This document shows, piece by piece, positions 1-8,361 of a DNA stretch of 64,000 nucleotides; within the stretch, counting starts at the first letter, position 1; every line of letters begins with the position of its first letter. Origin of the DNA: Candidatus Latescibacterota bacterium (GTDB lineage Bacteria > Latescibacterota > UBA2968 > SICM01). The DNA is taken from the NCBI GenBank assembly GCA_965217865.1, contig CBDCJO010000002.1:4640001-4704000 (forward strand). The letters are read 5' to 3'. The translations under genes and the position numbers were made by a program. The notes under the pieces were generated by a model, which saw nothing but the letters and a program-made list of their open reading frames with translations, was not told the DNA's origin and did no database searches.

Positions 1-200
1 GTGGGAATACCATGCTTGTCGTGGAGCATAACGTAGATGTGATTATGAGGGCCGACCGGGTCATCGACCTGGGTCCGGAGGGGGGCGATGGCGGAGGGTA
101 CGTGGTCGCAGAGGGAGATCCTGAAGAGGTCGCGAAGAACCCCGCATCGCACACGGGTCAATACCTAAAAGGCGCGATCGCGGCCGGCAAAAAATTGTGA
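1..200 (+). CDS. uvrA: Excinuclease ABC subunit A, C-terminal end (partial; gene starts before the window)
   Basis: [27 protein letters not shown]...ASHTGQYL is the UvrA C-terminal signature. Confidence 0.9.
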   Translation, partial: GNTMLVVEHNVDVIMRADRVIDLGPEGGDGGGYVVAEGDPEEVAKNPASHTGQYLKGAIAAGKKL

Positions 201-558
201 TTTGTATTGCGAGATGATTGATAATATATATATTAAATATCAAAAGGCTGTGAAATGGGAAACCGGAGACACCATCCCCGAACACCGACGGAATTCAGGA
301 CTCAGAATCCGGGAGAAGATCAAAACCGTAAGACCGTGAGGCGGAATTCACGTTAATGGGAAAAGTATGATCGTAGGGGAATGGCTTTCCCTGTCCAACC
401 GATGGGGGGGAAGTTAACGCCTCTACGGCTGGCTTAAAGAAAGGAACGATATGATACGGATTGATCTGGGCGGTCTTTACGAAATGGAGCAAGCTGAGAA
501 GGCATAGCGAAAAGAGAACCGCCGAAAGATCACCTCGTTTATCGGGCTGTGTGAAAAG

Positions 559-1083
559 ATGGGGGCGATGGTTCTGGAGCAGCGTGACTGGAATCAGCGT
601 GATTATGTGCACTTCATTGGCGTTTCGTCGAATGTGGTGATCACCATCGGGATTCCGGAAAAATATCTGGGTGTCCAGGCCAGCCAGCTCCGGGAGAAGT
701 TTTCACCCAATGTGGTGGATTACGTTTCCCTTCCCGATCGTCAGACGGTCACGGTGGAGCAGTCGCCCTCCGAGAAACTGGATCTTCACGATGTCGTGAC
801 CTGCAACAAGTGCGGGGAGAAAATCCCTTACGACGGTTATTTCCAGTACTGCGTCCGTTGTGGAGATAACCTGGATACGATCATCAGGGTCTGTCAGTCC
901 TGCAACAACAAGACGGCTTATCATCCGGCATTTCGATTCTGCCCGATCTGCGGAGGCGCTCTAATTCCCAATCTCTTCGAGGGGCCGCCGCTGACTGAGC
1001 TCGATCCCAACGGATTGATCTGGGGCGTTCCACTCAAGGATGAATCTCTGGAGGGGGAAGAGGGGGAAAGGGAGGAGCCGTAA
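559..1083 (+). CDS. Double zinc-ribbon protein; true start may be ATG 451, interrupted by an in-frame TAG at 505-507
   Basis: Four CxxC motifs (CNKC, CVRC, CQSC, CPIC) and an acidic tail; the same frame extends upstream to ATG 451, which has an AAGGA RBS. Confidence 0.7.
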   Translation: MGAMVLEQRDWNQRDYVHFIGVSSNVVITIGIPEKYLGVQASQLREKFSPNVVDYVSLPDRQTVTVEQSPSEKLDLHDVVTCNKCGEKIPYDGYFQYCVRCGDNLDTIIRVCQSCNNKTAYHPAFRFCPICGGALIPNLFEGPPLTELDPNGLIWGVPLKDESLEGEEGEREEP

Positions 1084-1193
1084 AACGGAAAGGCCTTGGA
1101 TCGGAAAAGCCGGGGTTCGTGATTCGTGGATAGGGGATCGGAAAACCCGAAATAACCTTTGACAATTTATCCAATAATTCGCATCGATCATTA

Positions 1194-1400
1194 ACGAATC
1201 ACGAATCACGAATCACGAATCACGAATCACGAATCACGAATCACGAATCACGAATCACGAATCACGAATCACGAATCACGAATCACGAATCACGAATCAC
1301 GAATCACGAATCACGAATCACGAATCACGAATCACGAATCACGAATCACGAATCACGAATCACGAATCACGAATCACGAATCACGAATCACGAATCACGA
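1194..1400. repeat. Perfect tandem heptamer array (ACGAATC)x29.6, copy 1
   Basis: Uninterrupted 7-mer repeat from 1194 to 1400, ending 6 nt from the modC stop codon. Confidence 0.98.
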
Positions 1401-1406
1401 TTTTTT

Positions 1407-2486
1407 CTATTCAACCTCCGGTCCGATGCGAATCGAATGCGTTTTGATTAAACATGATATCGTCTGGTTTACCTCCAGTCCCAGGTCCTCGATCGCCTCC
1501 GGGGTTATCTTTACCGCCAATCGTTTTCCCACATCCACGTAAATCAGCCCCCTTCCCTCCACTTTAGACACTTCCAAAACGCGTCCTTCCAGGGTATTCC
1601 GCACGCTCAACCCCGATGGTACCTCCCGTGAGAGAATGATGTCGTCCGCACGGATGCCGATGAAGATCTTACCCCCGGGTGGACGGTCGCAGTATGGGAT
1701 TTTCAGATTCTGTCCGGCGAAACGAGCGATGCTGACCCCCCCGGTCGCATCTCCGGATATGACTTCCACGGGAAGGACGTTCTCGAACCCGTGGGCTTCC
1801 ACTAAGGGCAGTATGTCCGGGTGGTGAGCGATGTCGAAGAAATCCCCGTGGGCAACCATCTTTCCCTCTTTCAGAACGATGACCTGTCCCGTCAACTCCA
1901 GGATTTCCGCTACGGAGTGGCTGACGTAGAGGACGGGAATACCCAGGTCCGACCGGATGTGGCGGAGGTAGGGTATGATGCGGTCTTTCAAACCCTGATC
2001 CAGGGAGGCCAAAGGTTCGTCCATTAACAACAGACGCGGGGAGGTCAGGAGCGCCCTGCCCATGGCGACACGCTGTCGCTCTCCCACGGAGAGGCTACCC
2101 GAACTTCTATTCAGAAGCGAGCGGAGCTGAAGCAGGTCGACGATCCGGTTGATTTCAAATCGTCGGTTGTCCGGTTTCTGGAGGTGGTATCCGTATCGGA
2201 GGTTCTTTTCGACAGTCAGGTGTGGGAAGAGGAGGTCATCCTGAAAAACATACCCGATCCCTCTTTTCTCGGGGGGAAGATCGATTCCTGATGCTGAAGA
2301 GAAGACAACGTCGTCGTCTATGCGGATTTCCCCCCAGTCCGGTCGGAGGAGTCCGGCTACCAGATCGAGGAGGGTGCTTTTTCCAGAGCCTGACGGTCCG
2401 AAAACCGCGGTCACAGGATAATGGCATACGGCGTCCACGTGGAGAGTGAAATTGGACCGATTGTGTGCCAGCCTGACAGATAGCAT
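1407..2486 (-). CDS. modC: Molybdate ABC transporter ATP-binding protein
   Basis: Walker A GPSGSGKST, LSVGERQR signature, LLMDEP, C-terminal TOBE-like region; adjacent to modB/modA. Confidence 0.93.
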   Translation of the reverse strand: MLSVRLAHNRSNFTLHVDAVCHYPVTAVFGPSGSGKSTLLDLVAGLLRPDWGEIRIDDDVVFSSASGIDLPPEKRGIGYVFQDDLLFPHLTVEKNLRYGYHLQKPDNRRFEINRIVDLLQLRSLLNRSSGSLSVGERQRVAMGRALLTSPRLLLMDEPLASLDQGLKDRIIPYLRHIRSDLGIPVLYVSHSVAEILELTGQVIVLKEGKMVAHGDFFDIAHHPDILPLVEAHGFENVLPVEVISGDATGGVSIARFAGQNLKIPYCDRPPGGKIFIGIRADDIILSREVPSGLSVRNTLEGRVLEVSKVEGRGLIYVDVGKRLAVKITPEAIEDLGLEVNQTISCLIKTHSIRIGPEVE

Positions 2487-2489
2487 CGA

Positions 2490-3176
2490 TTACTTTCTCT
2501 TCGTATAACGGGAGATCCACTCGCCGATCATGAGTGCCCCAAGTGAAAGAGCGATCGAAAACACGGCCAGACGGGCTGCAGCGGTTTCCCCTTCTGGCTG
2601 GTTGAGGTAGGTGAAGATTGCCAGTGGAATGGTTCGCGTCTCTCCGGAGATATTGGAGACGAATGTCATAGTCGCCCCGAATTCCCCCAGGCTTCTTGCA
2701 AAGGTCAGGAGAGAACCGGCCAGGACACCCGGAAAGGCCAGGGGAAGCGTCACTGTGAAGAAAACGCGCAGAGGGCCGGCGCCGAGGGTACGCGCGACTC
2801 GTTCCATCCGGGGATCGATCCCTTCGACGGCCAGACGGACGGCGCGAAGCATCAGCGGAAATCCCACGACTGCCGAGGCCAGTGCGGCCCCCTTCCAGGA
2901 GAATGCGATCTGGAGGCCCAACGAGTCTTCGAGTAGCCTTCCCAGGAACCCCCGCCGGCCGAAGAGGAGCAGGAGGAGATAACCTGTAACGACCGGGGGC
3001 AGGACCAGGGGCAGATGGCACAGTCCGTCGAGGAGGACTTTCCCCCGAAAATCGATCCGGGCGAGAAGCCAACCCAGGAACACACCCGGAGGCAGGCTGA
3101 TCAATACGCAGAAGATCCCGACCCGAACCGAGAGAGCAATGACTTTCCATTCTTCAGGTGTGAGGAGTGACATCAT
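2490..3176 (-). CDS. modB: Molybdate ABC transporter permease
   Basis: LPLVLPPVVTGYLLL and FARSLGEFGAT motifs. Confidence 0.95.
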   Translation of the reverse strand: MMSLLTPEEWKVIALSVRVGIFCVLISLPPGVFLGWLLARIDFRGKVLLDGLCHLPLVLPPVVTGYLLLLLFGRRGFLGRLLEDSLGLQIAFSWKGAALASAVVGFPLMLRAVRLAVEGIDPRMERVARTLGAGPLRVFFTVTLPLAFPGVLAGSLLTFARSLGEFGATMTFVSNISGETRTIPLAIFTYLNQPEGETAAARLAVFSIALSLGALMIGEWISRYTKRK

Positions 3177-3296
3177 AAAGATATTGAGAATTGAAGGTTG
3201 GAGATCGACTTCGGCCCCACCGCCTTCCCGGAATTCAGAATTTAGAATCAGGGAGTCCCTCTACTCCTTTCGACTCCGGACTCGCGACTCCGGATT

Positions 3297-4103
3297 TTAA
3301 TTCTGACTTCTGACTCCGGTATCCTGTTTTAAGAACTCAAACCCTTGCTCTTCAAAAACCTTCCCGGCCTCATCCGATTGAAGCCATTCTATCAACAGGC
3401 GGACGTTTCCTGTATTGCGGTCTTTCACGACAGCCACCGGGTAAACGATCCGGTCGTGAGATTCCGGGCCCAGGGTTGCGATCACGCTTACCTTCGAACT
3501 GATGGCCGCATCCGTGGCATAGATCAACCCCGCGGAACACTCCCCGCGCTCGACGTAAACGAGAGCTGCGCGCACGTCCAGTCCCGGGGCGATCCGTTTC
3601 GAAAGGGGACCCCACCATCCAAACCACCGAAGGGCCTGCTCGGCATAGATTCCGGCCGGAACGTGGGAGGGGTCCCCAATGGCGAGCATGCCCCGAAACG
3701 AGGCAGGAAAGTCGAATCCTTTCCGGGGAACCATCCGGAATTCCTCCCCAACAGGGGCCACGATGACCAGGCCGTTGCCGAGAAGATCGAACCGGGTTCC
3801 CTCCTCGATTCGGCCTTGAGTTTCGAGATAATCCATCCATTCCGGGCTTGCAGAAAAGTAGATGTCGGCCGGGGCCCCATTTTCGATCTGTTTGGCAAGT
3901 GTGGATGAACTGCCGAAGGCGAATTTCAGTTCGAACCCGGCCTGTGCTTCAAACGCCGGGGAGAGATCCTGGAGCACATCCGTCAGGCTTGCGGCTGCGT
4001 AAACCCGCACGGATCGGGCATCGATGTCAAGGGGGAGGATCCATTGGGAGGTGGAGAAGGAGATCAGAACGAGGGTTCGCGTGATGATGGAAAGGTGGCT
4101 CAT
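3297..4103 (-). CDS. modA: Molybdate ABC transporter substrate-binding protein
   Basis: YAAASLTD, GSSSTLAKQIENGAPAD, GDPSHVPAGIYA motifs. Confidence 0.95.
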   Translation of the reverse strand: MSHLSIITRTLVLISFSTSQWILPLDIDARSVRVYAAASLTDVLQDLSPAFEAQAGFELKFAFGSSSTLAKQIENGAPADIYFSASPEWMDYLETQGRIEEGTRFDLLGNGLVIVAPVGEEFRMVPRKGFDFPASFRGMLAIGDPSHVPAGIYAEQALRWFGWWGPLSKRIAPGLDVRAALVYVERGECSAGLIYATDAAISSKVSVIATLGPESHDRIVYPVAVVKDRNTGNVRLLIEWLQSDEAGKVFEEQGFEFLKQDTGVRSQN

Positions 4104-4151
4104 AGAACGGGCAATTATGGAAGTTAGGGGAGCGGAAACGTCGGGAATGAC

Positions 4152-5240
4152 CTATCTCCACGGCACGCTCACGCCCAGTTCGTCCGCCAGATCGGCAAGC
4201 TTCTCCAGATGTTTTTTGTGGATGGGGATGCCCGATTCACCCCAGGCCTGCTTCTTCATCCACTCGATCTCTCCCGGGAGATAGATCCGTTCGACGCCTT
4301 CCGACCTTTTGGACTCCCGTACGGTTCGGATGGTCCGGTCCACTTCTTCGATGAATTCGTCCAGGGAGATGAAGCAAGCGATGTTGATCGCGTAGAAGAA
4401 ATGACTCGCCCTGGCCTGTCCGTGGAACTCCTTCCTGTCCCGATGGCATGTGGAAAGGCCGAAAGGGAGGATACCCCCCATCACGTCCATGATCATCGTC
4501 AGGCAATATCCCTTGACCCCTCCGAAAGGAAAAAGGATGCTCGCTTCGGCTGGGTTGTTTGTCGGGAGGGCATCCTTGTTCAGCGCCCAGTTGTCGGCCA
4601 AGGGGATCCCGTAGAGTTCCATCGTGGTAATCCGCCCCCACGCTGACACTCCGCAGGCCATGTCCAGGACGATCGCAGGCTCCTCCTTCGCGGGGATGGC
4701 ATAGGCCATCGGGTAGTTCCCCAACACACCGGAATTGCCGCCGTAGGGAGCCACCGCGGGGGTGCTGCTGGATACACAGAAACCGATCATCCCGTGTTCC
4801 AAAGTCCGCATTACAAAGTTGGACCCGGCTCCGAAGTGGCTGCTGTTCCGCACACCCACCGCGGCGATACCGGTCTGTCGGGCTTTGTCAACGGCGAGTT
4901 CCATCGCACGGGTTCCTGTCAAGTGCCCGAGCCCACTGCCCCCGTCGACCAGCGCATACGAGGGGCCTTCTTTGACGACCTGAATTTCCGGTTTTGGGTT
5001 CTTACGACCACCCTTTATTTGTGAGATATATGTGGGAAGGAGCCTGGTGCCGTGTGAGAATACCCCCCGAAGATCTGTTTCGACCTGAAGGGCTGACACG
5101 AGGCCTGCATCTTCCGGGGAAAGGCCAACCCTCAGATAGATCTCCACGGCAAGATCCCGCAACTGCTCGGCACGGACAAGCTGTTCATCGGGGCTCGGGA
5201 TTGTGCGAAAGTTCGGATCTGGTGCGGTGTAATCAATCAT
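4152..5240 (-). CDS. Ldh_2 (malate/L-sulfolactate/ureidoglycolate dehydrogenase-type) oxidoreductase
   Basis: DLRGVFSHG, VRNSSHFG, GNYPMAYAIP, LDMA, GGVKGY, IYLPGEIE; start placed at ATG 5240 because the upstream ORF extension runs through repeat DNA. Confidence 0.88.
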   Translation of the reverse strand: MIDYTAPDPNFRTIPSPDEQLVRAEQLRDLAVEIYLRVGLSPEDAGLVSALQVETDLRGVFSHGTRLLPTYISQIKGGRKNPKPEIQVVKEGPSYALVDGGSGLGHLTGTRAMELAVDKARQTGIAAVGVRNSSHFGAGSNFVMRTLEHGMIGFCVSSSTPAVAPYGGNSGVLGNYPMAYAIPAKEEPAIVLDMACGVSAWGRITTMELYGIPLADNWALNKDALPTNNPAEASILFPFGGVKGYCLTMIMDVMGGILPFGLSTCHRDRKEFHGQARASHFFYAINIACFISLDEFIEEVDRTIRTVRESKRSEGVERIYLPGEIEWMKKQAWGESGIPIHKKHLEKLADLADELGVSVPWR

Positions 5241-5413
5241 AACGTGAAAAGGAAAGGGTGAAAAAAGCCGTGGATCGTGGTTCGTGACTCGGGGATCGGA
5301 AAGGCCGTCGATCGTGGATCGTGATTCGAGGATCGAGGATAGGAAAGGCCAATGATCCGAATCCTTCAAAAAAACTTTGACTATTCGTCAAATAATTCGC
5401 ATAGGCGTCATTA

Positions 5414-5673
5414 ACGAATCACGAATCACGAATCACGAATCACGAATCACGAATCACGAATCACGAATCACGAATCACGAATCACGAATCACGAATCACG
5501 AATCACGAATCACGAATCACGAATCACGAATCACGAATCACGAATCACGAATCACGAATCACGAATCACGAATCACGAATCACGAATCACGAATCACGAA
5601 TCACGAATCACGAATCACGAATCACGAATCACGAATCACGAATCACGAATCACGAATCACGAATCACGAATCA
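5414..5673. repeat. Perfect tandem heptamer array (ACGAATC)x37, copy 2
   Basis: Uninterrupted 7-mer repeat; its end supplies the rsgA TGA stop (5671-5673, minus strand). Confidence 0.98.
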
Positions 5674-6654
5674 TGGCCTTTGCCTGATGTTCCGATAACT
5701 CGTGTGCCTGCTCTGATCAACCTGACCCGAAGACACCGCCGCCTTCACGGCACAACCCGGTTCCTCTTCGTGAACGCAGTCGCGGAACCTGCAGGATCCG
5801 ATCAGGGGCCGCATCTCCGGAAAGAGATGGTGCAACTGATTCACGTCGACGTCCCAAAGGCTCATGTCCCGGAGGCCGGGGGTATCCCCCAACAGGCTGA
5901 TCCCTCCCAGGGTGTAGAGCTCTGCGTGAGTGGTGGTGTGGCGGCCGCGACCGGTGGCCTTGTTGATGGACTTGACCCGGCGGCCCAGGCCAGGCTCCAG
6001 GGTGTTTAAGAGCGTCGTCTTACCGGTGCCGGAAGGCCCCAGGAAAACGGCGACCGTTTTCTGGACGGATGCGCGGACAGAATCCACACCGTCCCCATTC
6101 TCAGCACTGATCAGGAGGATCCGGTACCCGATCTTCTCATACAGGCCGACCAACGGAGCCGTGATGGATGGTTCTACGAGGTCGGTTTTGTTTACGCAGA
6201 TCAGGACGGGGATATCTTGAAGTTCACATATGGCCAAAAACCGATCCAGCATCTCCAGGTTCAGGTCGGGTTCCCGAATTGAGAAGACGAGTACGGCCAG
6301 GTCTACGTTTGCGATGAGGGTCTGTTCGAGGGGACGTTTTCCCGCCGCCCTCCGGGAGAACTTGTTCCGGCGGTTTACGACATGGTAGATCATCCCGGTG
6401 CCGTCACCTACATCATCGAATTTTACGAAGTCTCCCACGGCCACAGGGCTGGTTGAACGAATGCCGCGAACCGCCGTAACACGTTTGCGAATGGAGGATG
6501 TGTCCGCGGTGGAATATTCGATCACTTTTCGCAGTTTGCTGGAAACGGAACAATTGATCAGGGCGTCCCCCGAAGAAACGGTATATCGACCGAGGTGCTC
6601 CTGCATGACACGACCGATGGGATGGCCCGAAAGGGTATCGTCCGGAGTATTCAT
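5671..6654 (-). CDS. rsgA: Ribosome small subunit-dependent GTPase A
   Basis: Circularly permuted GTPase motifs NKTD, GPSGTGKTT, GRHTTT, DTPG and zinc site CRFRDCVHEEEPGC. Confidence 0.95.
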   Translation of the reverse strand: MNTPDDTLSGHPIGRVMQEHLGRYTVSSGDALINCSVSSKLRKVIEYSTADTSSIRKRVTAVRGIRSTSPVAVGDFVKFDDVGDGTGMIYHVVNRRNKFSRRAAGKRPLEQTLIANVDLAVLVFSIREPDLNLEMLDRFLAICELQDIPVLICVNKTDLVEPSITAPLVGLYEKIGYRILLISAENGDGVDSVRASVQKTVAVFLGPSGTGKTTLLNTLEPGLGRRVKSINKATGRGRHTTTHAELYTLGGISLLGDTPGLRDMSLWDVDVNQLHHLFPEMRPLIGSCRFRDCVHEEEPGCAVKAAVSSGQVDQSRHTSYRNIRQRP

Positions 6655-6854
6655 TAGAAGGGATATGCAAAATGAAAAATGCAAATTGTAAACTTCAAAT
6701 TTACCGCGCCCAGCTCCCTCAAAGTTACAAAAACCGCGGTTTCAATTTGAGATTTATAATTTGCACTGAAATACTTTTAGTTTGACTCCGGGTCTCCCAA
6801 CTCCGGGACTTGCATTTCTGGATTCGGACTCATGTCTCCTGTGTTCTGCTTTTG

Positions 6855-7940
6855 CTACGGCGTGATCAGATCCACCTTGCTGTCGTCCCCGAGCATAAAC
6901 CGGTAAGCGGCGGGTCGGGCGCGGGTTCGGGTGACTTCCACATTCGTCGCAATCAGCGAATCCTCGATCCTGACTTCCAGGTCGAGGATCCGGCTACGGT
7001 CGAGGACGATAGAATGTTCGATCTCAGATCGGGTGATAGTCACCTGAGTGCCGATGGAGGTGTAGGGTCCGATATAGGTATCCCTGAGGACACAGTCCGG
7101 ACCGATGACGACCGGCCCTCTGACAAAACAGCTGTACAGCTCTGTTTTCTCGCCGATCTCAACGCGTCCACTCATTTTCGACTCGGAATCGATTTTCGCC
7201 GAGGGGTGGACCCGCTGGCCCTCGGGAAGCTCATCGAGCACGATCCGGTTGGCTTCCAGCATCTCGTCTTTCTTCCCCGTATCCAGCCACCAGTCTGTCA
7301 GGATATTGGAACCAACACGCAATTTTCGATCGAGCATCTTCTGAATGGCATCGGTGATTTCCAATTCGCCCCGATTTGAGGGTTGGATTTCGTCGATTGC
7401 GCTGTGGATTACGGGCTTGAACAGATAGACCCCCACAAGGGCGAGATTCGATTTGGGGTTTTGGGGCTTCTCTTCGAGACGGACCACGTGCCCGTCCGAG
7501 TCAAGCTCGGCGACTCCGAATGCAGAGGGATCGTCCACGGCTTTTAATAGGATTAAGGCGTCCAGGTCCTCCCTGGAAAATTTGTCCACCAACTCCCCGA
7601 CGTCGTGTTTGATCAGGTTGTCGCCCAGGTACATGATGAATGGGTCGTCTTTCAGAAAATCCCGGGCTGTTTTGACGGCATGCGCGAGACCAAGCGGGTT
7701 CTCCTGGGGGATATAAGTGACCCGAACACCCCACCGGGACCCGTCTCCCACCGCTTGCCTGACTTCATGTCCGGTCTCACCGATGACGATACCCATATCG
7801 TTGATGCCTGCTCGGGCAATCGCCTCCAGGCCGTAAAACAGGATCGGTTTGTTGGCCACGGGCACAAGCTGCTTGGTACGCGTGTAGGTGATGGGGCGAA
7901 GCCGGGTACCCTTGCCGCCGCAGAGGATGAGAGCCTTCAT
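6855..7940 (-). CDS. rfbA: Glucose-1-phosphate thymidylyltransferase, long form
   Basis: MKALILCGGKGTRLRPITY, LGDN, EEKP, RGELEITDAI, WLDTG and a C-terminal hexapeptide region. Confidence 0.9.
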   Translation of the reverse strand: MKALILCGGKGTRLRPITYTRTKQLVPVANKPILFYGLEAIARAGINDMGIVIGETGHEVRQAVGDGSRWGVRVTYIPQENPLGLAHAVKTARDFLKDDPFIMYLGDNLIKHDVGELVDKFSREDLDALILLKAVDDPSAFGVAELDSDGHVVRLEEKPQNPKSNLALVGVYLFKPVIHSAIDEIQPSNRGELEITDAIQKMLDRKLRVGSNILTDWWLDTGKKDEMLEANRIVLDELPEGQRVHPSAKIDSESKMSGRVEIGEKTELYSCFVRGPVVIGPDCVLRDTYIGPYTSIGTQVTITRSEIEHSIVLDRSRILDLEVRIEDSLIATNVEVTRTRARPAAYRFMLGDDSKVDLITP

Positions 7941-8361
7941 GGAAGAAAATGAAAAATGGAAAGTGAAAAATGTAAATTTTAATTTAGGGACTTCAATTAT
8001 CCCGGGTGAATCAAGGTAGAGGATATATCTGGTGTGGGGATTTGTCAAGGCTAATTCGATTGGCCTGTAGCGGCCCCAGGCCTCCAGCCCCTTCCTCACT
8101 TGTGTTTTCCCATAGGTGATGTTATCTTTATCCGAAATTCAAGGCCCAATTCCGAATCGATCATCAGCCAGTTGAGGTTCATTTTCGATGGCACACCAGA
8201 CAGACGTTTATAGGCGGATTCAGACCTTAATTGCACAGAGCAGTGCGTGGTTTTGGACTGGTGCGTGACCACGGAACTGGAACGCACAGGGCTTTAAGAC
8301 CACCACGTCAGCGATAAGAGCCTCTGGGGCACCTGGATTTGAGGAAACGGCAGGGAAAATA

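Noticed and set aside
1194-1400. CRISPR array interpretation of the repeats
   Set aside because: The units are contiguous 7-mers with no spacers, and no cas genes are present in the window.
4152-5369. N-terminal extensions of the listed Ldh_2, rsgA, rfbA and SAF-protein ORFs
   Set aside because: The extensions translate intergenic repeat tracts (e.g. FTFFTFHFSF, RVTNHDPR); downstream starts fit the families better.
5377-6009. 210-aa ORF with (ITNHESR)n repeats
   Set aside because: It is a translation of the DNA heptamer array: no synonymous variation, TTG start without an RBS, and the remainder is antisense to rsgA.
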